This document shows, piece by piece, positions 49,343-59,500 of a stretch of 64,000 nucleotides of DNA. The notes below the pieces were generated by a model. The model was not told the origin of the DNA. It did no database searches and saw only the letters and a program-made list of their open reading frames with translations. The DNA comes from Candidatus Eiseniibacteriota bacterium (GTDB lineage Bacteria > Eisenbacteria > RBG-16-71-46): the NCBI GenBank assembly GCA_963744995.1, contig CAVUWA010000010.1, forward strand, positions 128,001 to 192,000, in the 5' to 3' direction. The position numbers and the translations under genes were made by a program. Each line of letters opens with the position of its first letter. Position 1 is the first letter of the stretch.

Positions 49343-50758
49343 TCAGCGACCCAGCATCTTCGAATGCGGGCCGCCCTTCTTCACGTTCTCGATGCTCTGC
49401 CCCGAGGTATTCGAGTGGACGATCAACGGCATGTCGTGATCCCACTTGAACTCGGGATCGTTGTCGCCGTGGTGGCACTGCATGCAGGCTTCCTGCGTGA
49501 CCGGGTGCGAACTGTACTGGTCGTGGTCGGTGCCGCGGCCGTGGCAGTTCTCGCACTGCACGTTGACCTTGTCCGGCGTCATCGTCGCACTGCGGAAGCC
49601 GCCCGGCTGCTGGTAGCCGACCACATGGCACGGCACGCAGTCCGGCGTCGCGTCCTTCTTCACGTCCACCAGCGTCTGCCAGGCGATCGAGTGCGCGGTG
49701 GTCTTCCACTGATTGAATTCCGGCTCGTGGCAGCGCACGCACAGCGACGCGCCGAGGAAGCGATCGGGGCTGTCGTCGGCCGCGGTCGTCGCAGTGGCCG
49801 CCTCGCGCTCCTTCTCGACCTTGCGCATCTTCTCGTTGAAGCCTTCCTCGAAGGACTTCACGATCTGCAGCACCTCGGGCTTGTCCGGAATCTCGGGGCC
49901 GAGCGTGAACACGTCGTTCTCGCCGTTGACCACGCGGCCCTTGGCGTCGAGCGTCAGCAGGGTCCGGCCGACGTTCTGGCCCTGCTCGCCGCCATAGCAC
50001 GCCACGGTGTTCTTGATCATCCGGCCCTTGTGGAGGAGCGGGGAGTCGCGACCGATGATCACCGCGTCGATGCCGTCCACCGTCGCGACGAGGTCTTCGC
50101 TCTCGACCTTGCCGAGCTGCGAGAGGAGCACCACGACGGTCGCGCCCTTCGCGCGCATCTCCTTCACCGTGCGCTCCGCGGCGACGACCGGGTCCTCGAC
50201 CTTGATCGAGTCCGCCGACGGGCCGTAGTTGCCCTTGTCGGTGATCAGCGCGAACGCGCCGACCTTCACGTTGCCGATCGTCTTGATGATGTACGGCGGA
50301 AAGACCGGCTTGCCGGTGGCGGCGTAGGTCATGTTGGCGCAGACCGTCGGCACCTTCTTCGCCTTCGAGTTCTGGGTGAGGAACGACAGGCCGTAGCGCA
50401 GGTCACGCTCGCCGACGCCCACCGCGTCCTCGCCGATGAGCACCATGCCGTCCATCAGGAACAGCGCGACGTCTTCGTGCAGGTCGTTCACGGGGAAATA
50501 GCCGCCCGCGTCCACGTTCATGACCTGTCCGTAGCTCACCTTGATGCTGTCGATGAAACTGGCCCGCCGGGCCAGACCCCCACGGGGCGTGTGTCAGCCA
50601 CAGGGGCTGGTCTTCCCCTTGACGTCGGTCGTCGAGAGGATGACCAGCTTGTCGGGCTGCAGCAGCGGCGCGTTCGCCGCCAGCGCCGCCCGCATCGCGA
50701 CGAGCGCGATGATCATGAGGACCGACAGGGCCAGGGTCTTCTGGGCAAGAGACTTCAT
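49343..50758 (-). CDS. Selenoprotein: exported UshA/5'-nucleotidase-like domain with CGU motif fused to a tetraheme cytochrome c (c554-like), about 471 aa
   Basis: In-frame TGA at 50596-50594 in 'SPCG*HTPRGGLARRA'; frame stays open to 49343; downstream hairpin; CVRCH, CVPCH, CENCH, CMQCH. Confidence 0.85.
50559..50575 (-). promoter_or_regulatory. Putative bacterial SECIS element
   Basis: CTGGCCC-GGC-GGGCCAG perfect 7-bp stem beginning 18 nt 3' of the UGA, G-containing apical loop. Confidence 0.7.
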
Positions 50759-50817
50759 TTCAGAGCGATCTCCGGAGAGCGGAGGGATGGAACGACCATG
50801 CGGCACACGAAGGCCAA

Positions 50818-50847
50818 AGTGTACGAGTCGCATCGAACGAGCGTCAA
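50818..50847 (-). promoter_or_regulatory. Putative sigma70 promoter of the selenoprotein gene
   Basis: TTGACG-N18-TACACT. Confidence 0.6.
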
Positions 50848-50960
50848 GCCCTCGCCCGGCAGGAAGTTAGCTCGATACAAATCCCTGACATCGGGGCCGG
50901 TTCCCGCCCCCCGCGGCACCTCGTGTCAGGGGGGGGCGCGGCCGGATCGCGTCCGCCGGC

Positions 50961-51254
50961 TCAATCGGTGCTCAGGTACTTCCCGATCGGGTCGCCGAGC
51001 GGCAGATGGCGGCGCGTACCGCGATGCACCGCACGGATCTCGAAGTGGTAACGGTCGAGCCCGAAGTGCCGCTCGATGAGCTTCAGCATGCCTTCGACGG
51101 TCGCGTCGGCGCGGATCGTGCGGCCGCGGCGGCCCTGCCCGTGCGCGCGGGCGCGGCCGTCTTTGACGCCTTCCTGATACGCGCGCTTGACCAGCTGTTC
51201 CAGCGTGCGCCAGTGACGGCGCTGAAGCTTCCGGAGCGTTTGCGTCTGGGTCAT
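50961..51254 (-). CDS. Small basic hypothetical protein (97 aa)
   Basis: MTQTQTLRKL...YLSTD; GC3-biased codons, purine-rich RBS-like sequence upstream. Confidence 0.6.
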   Translation of the reverse strand: MTQTQTLRKLQRRHWRTLEQLVKRAYQEGVKDGRARAHGQGRRGRTIRADATVEGMLKLIERHFGLDRYHFEIRAVHRGTRRHLPLGDPIGKYLSTD

Positions 51255-51477
51255 TCGGCACCCCCTGTCCATGGGACCGGGGCCCGGCCGGCGGCCGCCC
51301 CGGACATGCGGAAATCTAGCAGACCCCAGGCCCCGGCCGGGCGGTTTTGCGTGCGGCGTCCGGGGCGATCGGCGGACGGGACGGCGGCCGCGGCGCGGCC
51401 GCGCCTGCTGGCGATGGACGAACGGCGGCGCTAGTGTGCCGTTCGCGGGCGCACGGCGCGCCCGGCGAGGAGACCGG

Positions 51478-52296
51478 ATGACCTTCGACACCCTGAGCGA
51501 AACCGAGTGGGAGCAGATCGAGCGGGTCTGGCTCGCCCTCGACGACGGCGACCTCGAGCGCGCCGCGCGCGAGATGCGCCGCATCGATCGCGCGCGACTC
51601 GGCCACCCCGACGTGCGTGTGATCGCCGCGGCGCTGGCGCTCGACGAGGGGGACGCGCGCACGGCGCTCGAACGCCTCGAGGGCGCAGAACGCTCGGCGG
51701 ATCCGGCGTTCTTCTTCTTCCTGCGCGCCCGTGCGCTCTACGAATCGTGCCGGTTCGAAGACGCGCGCATCGATGCCGGGAAGTCGCTCGCGATCCAGCC
51801 CGAGGCCCCGGAGGTGCACGACCTGCTGTCGCGCATCGCCGACCATCTCGGCGCCGCCGAAGCCGCCGCGGAGCACGCGGCCGAGGCGCACGAGCTGGAC
51901 CCCGAGGGCTTCCCGCTGCCGCTCGAAGTCGAGGACGGGGCTTTCGACGCAGTGGTCGAGAAGAGTCTCGCCGAGCTGCCGCGCGAGGTGCGGAAACACC
52001 TCCGCGAGTGGCCGGTGATCGTCGATCATCTGCCGGCGCCGGAGCTGCTCACCGGCGACACCCCGCCGCTCTCCCCGGATCTGCTCGGACTGTTCGTCGG
52101 CCGCGATCTCATGACCCGCTCCTTCGAGGACACGCCCGGCGTGCCGGGGACGATCCATCTGTTCCGCAGGAACCTGCTGCGCATGTGTCGCGATCGCGAG
52201 GAGCTGGAACTGGAGATCCAGACCACCGTGCGGCACGAAGTCGGCCACCTGCTGGGGCTGGACGAGGACGACCTCGAGGAGTGGGGGCTCGGCTAG
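51478..52296 (+). CDS. TPR-containing minimal zincin metallopeptidase (Zincin_1/DUF1025-like)
   Basis: 'LLGLFVG...TIHLFRRNL...TVRHEVGHLLGLDEDDL'; N-terminal TPRs; GAGGAG RBS. Confidence 0.85.
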   Translation: MTFDTLSETEWEQIERVWLALDDGDLERAAREMRRIDRARLGHPDVRVIAAALALDEGDARTALERLEGAERSADPAFFFFLRARALYESCRFEDARIDAGKSLAIQPEAPEVHDLLSRIADHLGAAEAAAEHAAEAHELDPEGFPLPLEVEDGAFDAVVEKSLAELPREVRKHLREWPVIVDHLPAPELLTGDTPPLSPDLLGLFVGRDLMTRSFEDTPGVPGTIHLFRRNLLRMCRDREELELEIQTTVRHEVGHLLGLDEDDLEEWGLG

Positions 52297-54716
52297 GCGC
52301 CGGGTGCGGGAGCGCGGCGCCGCGCGACCAGCAGCGTGATGTCGTCGGCGGGTCCGCTCTCGCCTTCGAACGCACGGACCTCGTCCACCACCGTCGCGAC
52401 GATCCGCGTGGCGGGTGCCTCACCGAGCCGGCGCAGCGCTTCGACCAGCCGCGCTTCGCCCCACATCTCGCCGTTCGCGTTCGCGCCCTCGGTGACGCCG
52501 TCGGTGTAGAGCGCGAGCAGATCGCCGTGGCCGAGCGCGGTTTCGCCCGCCACGAACGGCGAGCCGGGCAGGATGCCGAGAATCGTGCCGCCCTCGCTCA
52601 GCTCATCCGTGCTTCCATCCGCGCGCATCACGTACGGCGGATTGTGCCCCGCGTTCACGTACACGAACCGCCCGGTGGCGGCGTCGAGGAACCCCACGAA
52701 TGCCGTGACGAAGCGTCCGGGCTCGACGCTCTGGTGCAGGAATCCGTTGAGCCGCACGGCGAGCGACGAGGGCTCGGCGCCCGAGAGATCCTGGCTCACC
52801 AGCGCCGCGCGGAACGCCGACATCAGCAGCGCCGCCGGAACGCCTTTGCCCGACACGTCGGCGATCACCAGCACCAGGCGTCCGCCGCCGAGATCGATGT
52901 GGTCGTAGTAGTCGCCGCCCACCTGCCGCGCCGGCTCGCTGGTGCCGGCGATGTCCCAGCCCGGCACCCGGAGCGGCGCCGCCGGCAGCAGCCGTGACTG
53001 GATCCGCCGCGCGAGCTCGAGCTCGTTCTCGAGCCGGTCGCGCTCCTTCTCGAGATCGCGCGCGCGCTCCAGCCCGCCGATGGCCTGGTTGAACGCGCGC
53101 GCGACGTCCCACAGTTCGTCTTCGCCGCGGACCGGAATGCGGTGTGCGAGGTCGCCGGCTTCGAGTTGCGTCGCGCCGCGGCGCAGCGCGCCGATGGCGC
53201 CGGCGATGCTGCGCCCCATGTTGAGCACCATCGCGAAGTCGAAGAGCGCGACCAGGCCGAACAGCCCGCCGAAGAACAAGACCAGCACGAGCGGCACGAC
53301 GTCGAGTTCGTTCTTCTGCGCGCGCGAGAACAGCTCGCCGAGGACGACCCGCGGATCGAGCGTGATCGCCAGGACGTAACGGGTCGTGCGCCAGCCGGAA
53401 CGGTGGCGTGCGACGCCGGCGATCGCGGTCTGGCCGACGGGGATGAATGCGCCGGCGCTGGAGTCGCCGCCGAACGTGCCGGCGTCGATCGTGTCGTCCG
53501 GAAACGTGAACCGCACGCGCCCGCCGGACCGCTCGCGCTGGATTCCCGCGTGGGCACTGTCCGCGAGCATTTCGAGGTCCCCGGGGTCGAGGCCGCCCAG
53601 CAGCCGCACCCGACCGCCGATGAAGCGGGCGCCGAGGCTGTCGGCCACCGCGGCGGCGGGCAGCAGGACCACCGCCGCGCGGCGGGCGGGGTCGCCCGCG
53701 ATCGCCCCGAGCCAGGTCCGGCCGGCGAAGCCGACGAGCCCCGCGCGCGGCACGCTGTCGGACACGGCGAACCAGCCGAAGAGCAGCGAGTCGCGCGCGA
53801 GCGGCGCGCCGAACACGCGGCGCAGGCGCCCGGCTTCGATCCACCACGCCCGCGCGCCGGCGGTGTCGGCGCGCGCGAGCGCGGCGCGACGCAGGTCGTC
53901 GGCGCCATGTCCGCCGGAGCCGAGCGACAGCGTCAGGTCGCGCTCGAGACCGGCCCCCTCGTGTTCCAGCACCCGCGCCGCGAGCCGGGCGCGTTCCGCC
54001 CCCACGCCCACCACCGTGGTGACCGCCCACAGCAACGCGGTGAGACCGAGCGGCACCAGCACGACCAGCAGGTGGGACAGCGCGAGCCGGCGCCCCACGC
54101 GGCGGATGCTGAGGGTCGGGTCGCGCACGAAACCGGCGAACATCGCGACCACGCCCGCCACGGTGTAGAAGGTCGCGACGAGTCGGGCCCAGCGCGCGAA
54201 CCGCGCGAGCGACTCCAGCGCCGAGCCTTCCGCCGGGGCCGCGCCGCTCCCCGGCAGCCGGATCAGCAGCAGCACCGACAGCAGCACGGCGAGCAGCCCG
54301 AGGCGGAACAGCGTGCGACTCGAATAGCCGTCCTTCCAGCGGTAGCAGAGAATCGAGGCGCAGACGAAACCGGCGCTCACGCCCCACGGCGCCGGCGTCA
54401 GCGCGACGATCGCGGCGATCCCGAGCAGCGGCACGCGCAGGAACACGTCGCGGCGGCGCGGGTGCAGGTGGACGAGCCACATCAGCGCGGCCCAGGCAGC
54501 GAGCCCGGCGAGCGCCGCCGCGGCGATCAGCAGCGGCCGGGCGCCCGCCAGCCAGCCGGCCTGCCATGCCTCGACCAGCAGGTCGTTCGCGAGCGTGGCC
54601 GCAGCGAACCACGCGAGCGCCCGCGAAGACGCGCGCGCGCGGCGCGCACGGCGCGCGACGAAAAAGGCCGTGACGATGGCCACGGCGGCGACCATGAAAT
54701 GCGGCATGAGCGGCAC
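52293..54716 (-). CDS. Membrane-bound HAMP + SpoIIE/PP2C phosphatase (RsbU-like)
   Basis: 'VGGDYYD', 'ADVSGKG', 'NAGHNPP', 'YTDGVTE', 'DDIT'; HAMP 'DEL..VARAFN'. Confidence 0.9.
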   Translation of the reverse strand: MPLMPHFMVAAVAIVTAFFVARRARRARASSRALAWFAAATLANDLLVEAWQAGWLAGARPLLIAAAALAGLAAWAALMWLVHLHPRRRDVFLRVPLLGIAAIVALTPAPWGVSAGFVCASILCYRWKDGYSSRTLFRLGLLAVLLSVLLLIRLPGSGAAPAEGSALESLARFARWARLVATFYTVAGVVAMFAGFVRDPTLSIRRVGRRLALSHLLVVLVPLGLTALLWAVTTVVGVGAERARLAARVLEHEGAGLERDLTLSLGSGGHGADDLRRAALARADTAGARAWWIEAGRLRRVFGAPLARDSLLFGWFAVSDSVPRAGLVGFAGRTWLGAIAGDPARRAAVVLLPAAAVADSLGARFIGGRVRLLGGLDPGDLEMLADSAHAGIQRERSGGRVRFTFPDDTIDAGTFGGDSSAGAFIPVGQTAIAGVARHRSGWRTTRYVLAITLDPRVVLGELFSRAQKNELDVVPLVLVLFFGGLFGLVALFDFAMVLNMGRSIAGAIGALRRGATQLEAGDLAHRIPVRGEDELWDVARAFNQAIGGLERARDLEKERDRLENELELARRIQSRLLPAAPLRVPGWDIAGTSEPARQVGGDYYDHIDLGGGRLVLVIADVSGKGVPAALLMSAFRAALVSQDLSGAEPSSLAVRLNGFLHQSVEPGRFVTAFVGFLDAATGRFVYVNAGHNPPYVMRADGSTDELSEGGTILGILPGSPFVAGETALGHGDLLALYTDGVTEGANANGEMWGEARLVEALRRLGEAPATRIVATVVDEVRAFEGESGPADDITLLVARRRAPAPGA

Positions 54717-54875
54717 TCTACCCGGCGCGCGCGCGCGTCGCGAGCGGCGGCGGCGGCGACGGCGCGCGCTCTGGCATATCGCCGCGCGATCTGGAAGACT
54801 GCCGCGCAGACGTCTTCATGCTCCGCCGCCGTCCTCCGCCGGGCCGCGGCCCGAAAGCTCACGTGAGGAACGGAC

Positions 54876-55481
54876 GTGCGCGTCAAGGTCAGCCTCGCCA
54901 TTCTTTTCGTCGTCGCCCTCGCCGGGCTGATCGGCGTGCTGGCGAAGCTGCAGGACGCCAACCTGCGGGCGCTCGAAGCCGAGCAGGCGCTGAAGATCGC
55001 GCGCCAGCATCAGAGCGACATCGAGAGCTGGGCGAAGAGCGTGACCGATTCGCTCGGCCGTGCGCTCACCCTGGCGGAGCCGCCCGCCGCGCTTGCGCTC
55101 GACGACACCACACGCGGCCGGCTGGCCGCACGCGCCGCGCTGGCTTCGGCGCGCTACTGGTACGGCCAGGCGCAGCGTGCGCGCAACGCCCAGCTCGATC
55201 TGCTCGACCCGACCGAGGTGGCGCTGCTGAAGGCGCGCGGCCTCGAGGATCCGGTGCACGACCTGCGCGAGGACCTCATGCGCCGCCGCGACCTGATCCC
55301 CTACGAGGGCGTGCTCGGCGGCCGCATGCAGTTCGTGCCGTCGGGCATCGCGGTCCTGTCGCCCGAGTGGGTGTACGCCCGCTTCGAGGACGGCCATGTC
55401 GGCGGCAGCTGCCTGCTCGCGTTCGACGTCCTGCCGAGCGGCGAGATCGTCTGGCGCCGCATCGCCGCGCGCCAGGACTGA
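54876..55481 (+). CDS. Hypothetical membrane-anchored protein
   Basis: N-terminal TM helix, helical stalk, globular C-terminus; GAGGA RBS. Confidence 0.65.
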   Translation: MRVKVSLAILFVVALAGLIGVLAKLQDANLRALEAEQALKIARQHQSDIESWAKSVTDSLGRALTLAEPPAALALDDTTRGRLAARAALASARYWYGQAQRARNAQLDLLDPTEVALLKARGLEDPVHDLREDLMRRRDLIPYEGVLGGRMQFVPSGIAVLSPEWVYARFEDGHVGGSCLLAFDVLPSGEIVWRRIAARQD

Positions 55482-55531
55482 GCCGTGATGGCCGCCGCGC
55501 CGGCGACGGCGCGGCGTGCAAACGGCCGCGC

Positions 55532-55560
55532 TTGGCGCGGGCGCGCCGCGCCGATACGAT
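55532..55560 (+). promoter_or_regulatory. Putative sigma70 promoter of the amidohydrolase
   Basis: TTGGCG-N17-TACGAT. Confidence 0.45.
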
Positions 55561-55624
55561 ACGTGCGCCGCCGCGCGCCGATCATCGCGTGCGCGATTCG
55601 ACCTTCATCTCCGGGAGGCACGCA

Positions 55625-56440
55625 TTGATCATCGACGTCCACACGCACGTCAACAACTACGACGAAACCCGTACGGTCCCGATCCAGAAGACGATCGACG
55701 AGCTCGACGAATCGATGCGCTACAACAAGGTGGATCACGTGATGGTGCTGACGTCCTACATCGTCAACGAGCACCGCTACACGGTGAAGGAAACCGTGGA
55801 GGCCACCGCGGATCGGCCCGGAATGCACGTCGTGGCGGGCGTGAGCCTCAGCCGCTACCGCGAGCGCGACATGCGCGAGATCGCGGACTACCTGGCCGAC
55901 GGCAAGGTCGTCGGGCTCAAGCTCTATCCGGGCTACGAGCCGTTCTATCCGTACGACCAGCGCTGCCGGATCGTCTACGACCTCGCCGCCGAGTTCGACG
56001 TGCCGGTGATGATCCACACCGGCGACACCTACAACCCGAAGGGCAAGGTGCGGTATTCGCATCCGCTCAACGTCGACGACGTCGCCGTGGATCATCCGAA
56101 CGTGAAGTTCGTGATCTGTCACATCGGCAACCCGTGGATCCGCGACTGCATGGAGCTGGTCTACAAGAACAAGAACGTCTACGCCGACATCTCGGGACTC
56201 GTGCTCGGCGATTTCAAGTCGCGCTTCAAGCGCTTCATGCTGCAGCAGGTGAAGGAGATGATCCTCTACGCGGGCGAGCCGCGTTACCTGCTCTACGGCA
56301 CCGACTGGCCGATCTGCCGCATGCGCACCTACCTCCAGTTCGTGAAGGAGCTCGGACTCTCCGAGGAGGGCAGGCAGATGATCCTCTGGAAGAACGCGGC
56401 GCGGCTGTTCAAACTCGACGTCGGCGAGAAGGTGGCGTAG
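55625..56440 (+). CDS. Amidohydrolase family 2 metal-dependent hydrolase
   Basis: TTG start after GGGAGG; 'IDVHTH', 'GLKLYP', 'IHTG', 'CHIG', 'YGTDWP', 'NAARLF'. Confidence 0.9.
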   Translation: MIIDVHTHVNNYDETRTVPIQKTIDELDESMRYNKVDHVMVLTSYIVNEHRYTVKETVEATADRPGMHVVAGVSLSRYRERDMREIADYLADGKVVGLKLYPGYEPFYPYDQRCRIVYDLAAEFDVPVMIHTGDTYNPKGKVRYSHPLNVDDVAVDHPNVKFVICHIGNPWIRDCMELVYKNKNVYADISGLVLGDFKSRFKRFMLQQVKEMILYAGEPRYLLYGTDWPICRMRTYLQFVKELGLSEEGRQMILWKNAARLFKLDVGEKVA

Positions 56441-56558
56441 GCGCGCCTCTCGCCGTGCGGCAGCACCACCGCGTCAGCGCGCCGATCGCGCTGCGGCGCC
56501 ATGCCGGCTGCCGCGCGGCCGACCGCGCCACCGCCGGCCGGAGGGTCCGTCGTTTCGC

Positions 56559-59500
56559 CTACTGGATGCCGCCGATGCTGCCGGCGCGGGTGCCGCGCTC
56601 GTAGTAGATCTCGCGCTGCTCCTTGATGCTGATGCGGAAGTAGTACTCGGCTTCGCCGCCGGCGATGAACGTGCGCGTGAAGCTCATCTGCCAGCAGTGC
56701 AGGTCGCGCGACAGCGAGAAACGCTGCGTCTGCATGATGCGCTGGGTGATGTCGTAGGACGCCGACCAGTCGAGGGCCCAGCCCGGGCTCAGCTGGTAGG
56801 TGATCACGCCGTTCGCGGTCTGCTGGTTGCGCCACTTGGTGCCGACGTAGCCGCCCGCGAGCGAGTAGGCCGCCGACAGCGACCACTGGTCGCCCGAGAA
56901 CGACGACTCGCGCTCGCGGCCGTCGACCGGCAGCTCGCCGCCCTGCCCCTGTTGCGCGCCGCTGCTCGCCAGGTTGAGTCCCGTGCTCAGCCCCATGGAG
57001 CGCACCGGGTGCGGCTGGTAGACATCCGTCGTCCAGCCGAACGTCACGTTGAGCAGCCGGGGCGGCTGGATGCGGATGCTCGACCCGATCGTCGACAGCG
57101 GGTGTTCGAGGCCGCGCTCCTTCCACAGGAAGTTGTAGCTGCCCGAGGTCGACCACGAGAGCAGGTTGTCGAGGCGCTGCACGTCCTGGCCGTGGCGCAG
57201 CTTGACCTGGAAACGCTGGTCGAGGGCGAAGCTCATCGAGGCGCTCTTGAACCCGGAGACGCCGATGCCGCCGAAGTTCGAAAACCGGCTGCGGCGGCCG
57301 CCGAACTCGTCCGTGTAGATGAGGTTCGGGAAATCCGGGCTGTAGGAGAAGCTCGCGCTCGGGAACACCACGTGGCGAATCCCCTCGACCGCCCCCCAGC
57401 GCGGCAGGAACGTGCCGTAGAACGTGCTGCTCGCGGTGAGCCCGGAGGACCACGTCCCGGTCGGGACGACTTTGTGGCCGAGCTCATCGAAGTCGAAGAC
57501 GACCACCTTGGAACTGAACCGGGGCACGAGATTCAGCCAGCCGAACAGGCGGCGCGAGTCCGAGATCGAGATGTCGTTGGAGAGCGCCCGGCGCACGCTC
57601 ACCCGCTGGGTCAGCACGTTGGAAGAGTCCGGCTGCCCGTCGGTCGTGAAGTAGTTGCGGCCCGATATCAGCCCACGCTGCTGGCGCAGCGAAACGAAGC
57701 GGCTCGACAGGGTCGCATAGATGCTGGCGAGCGGCTTCTCGAGGGGCGTGCCTTTGAGGAAGCCGAGGCTGCCGATCTGCCGCGTCGGGAAGCTCAGGGA
57801 CAGGGTGGGTTCGTTCTGGGTCAGGTTCGACAGCGACGCCGGAGTGCCGATCGGCAGGGTCGGATCCTTGATCGCCTGGTCGGCGTCGAGATCCTGGCGC
57901 CGGTCGAGGATCAGATTCCAGCTCGCCCAGCTGCTGGTGCGCGACACCGCGATGCTCGAGGTGAGGAAGCGGTTGAGCCGCTGCTCGAGCGTACGGCCGT
58001 AGTCGTTGCTCGTGCTGAAGTCGCGGCTCGAGATGAACTGCGCCCGCCCGACGAGCCGCGTATTGGGATCGAGGTTCTGCCGGTGGTTGGCCTCGAGCGA
58101 CCAGTCGTCGCGCTGCGAGAGCTCGTTGCGCGCAAAGGCGGTGTTGATGTCGCCGTCCAGCACGTAGAGCAGGTTGTAACGGCCCTCGCCGCGGAGCTGC
58201 CAGGACGGCTGCGCGCGGTAGTAGTCGCCCGCGACCGTGAAGTCCATGTAGTCGTTGGTCGCCCAGTAGTAGCCTGCGTTGCGGATGAACTGCCCGGCCC
58301 GGTTGTTGAAGCCGAGCTCGAACTGCGGGAACAGGAAGCCGGAATGGCGTCCCGGCTTGATCGGGAACACCCAGAACGGCAGAGCGAGCAGCGGCACGTT
58401 CTTCACGTAGAACACCACCGGCTTCGCGACCAGCTTGTCCTTGAGGTAGATCTTCATCCAGTGCGCCGCGAAGTGGTAGTGCGGCTCGGCCAGATCACAG
58501 GTCGTGTAGCTGCCGTTGAGCACGTCCAGCTCGTTTTCGCTCACCTTGCGGATCTGCCCGCCGTGGTAGAGGCCGCGCTCGTAGGTGGTCTCGGCCTTGT
58601 AGATGGTGCCGACCCGGGTGTCGAGGTCGTACGTCATCAGATGCCCGGTGACCTCGTCGCCGCGCTCCATGAGCTGCGGATCGCCTTCGGCGACCAGGGT
58701 CTGCTTGTTCACGTCGAACTCGACGCGGCGCGACTCCAGCTTCATGTCGCGGTATTCGAGGTGCGACTTGCCGTCGAGCACGATCTGGCTCTTCGGCACC
58801 TCGAACGTGATCTGCCGCGCGCTGTAGGTCACGATCTCGCGCCTGGCCGCCACCGTGTCGGCGGCATCCACCGCCATGTGGTACTCGCCCTGCGCCCCGC
58901 CCTCGACCCGCGCGCGCTCGACCTTGCGGTCCTTGAAGAAGATCGTGATCGTGTCGCCCGTCGCCTGGTTGCGCTCCGCCGTCTGCCCTTCGCGCGGCGT
59001 GGCACGGTATTCGTTCCGGGCGCTGCCGACCGCCACCAGGCTGTCGATGTCCTCGTGCGTGAAGAACACGTCGACGCGGTCACCGTACAGCCGCGTCGCT
59101 TCGCCGACCGTCTGCGGGCGCGCACCCGCGTAGTCCATGACGGCATTGGAGCGCACGATGACCTGCTTGAGCACGCGCTTTTCGGTGAGCACCTCGAGCG
59201 TGTCGCCGGTGACGCGGGTCTGGTCGTCGCGGACCTCGGGATGCCCGAGCAGGATGCCGCGCTCGGCGACGTCGTCGAAACGCGCATAGTCGGCCGAGGC
59301 GCGCAGCGAGTCGCGCACCACGTGCACCGAGTCGACGGCCTCGGCGACGCGCGTGCGGGTGTTGACGCGCAGCGTGTCGGCCCTGAGCTCGGTGATCACG
59401 CCGTCGTCGTCCTTCGAGCGCAGCCGCGGCGCGCCGGTCGCGACGGCCAGGTCGGTGCCGCGGTCGTAGTCCACCGCGTCGCCCTCCAGCACGAGGTGGT

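Noticed and set aside
50594..50833. Stand-alone 79-aa ORF plus a separate 398-aa cytochrome ORF, or a nonsense pseudogene
   Set aside because: Same frame, CG-TGA context, downstream hairpin and the need for a signal peptide on a c-type cytochrome favour one Sec-recoded gene
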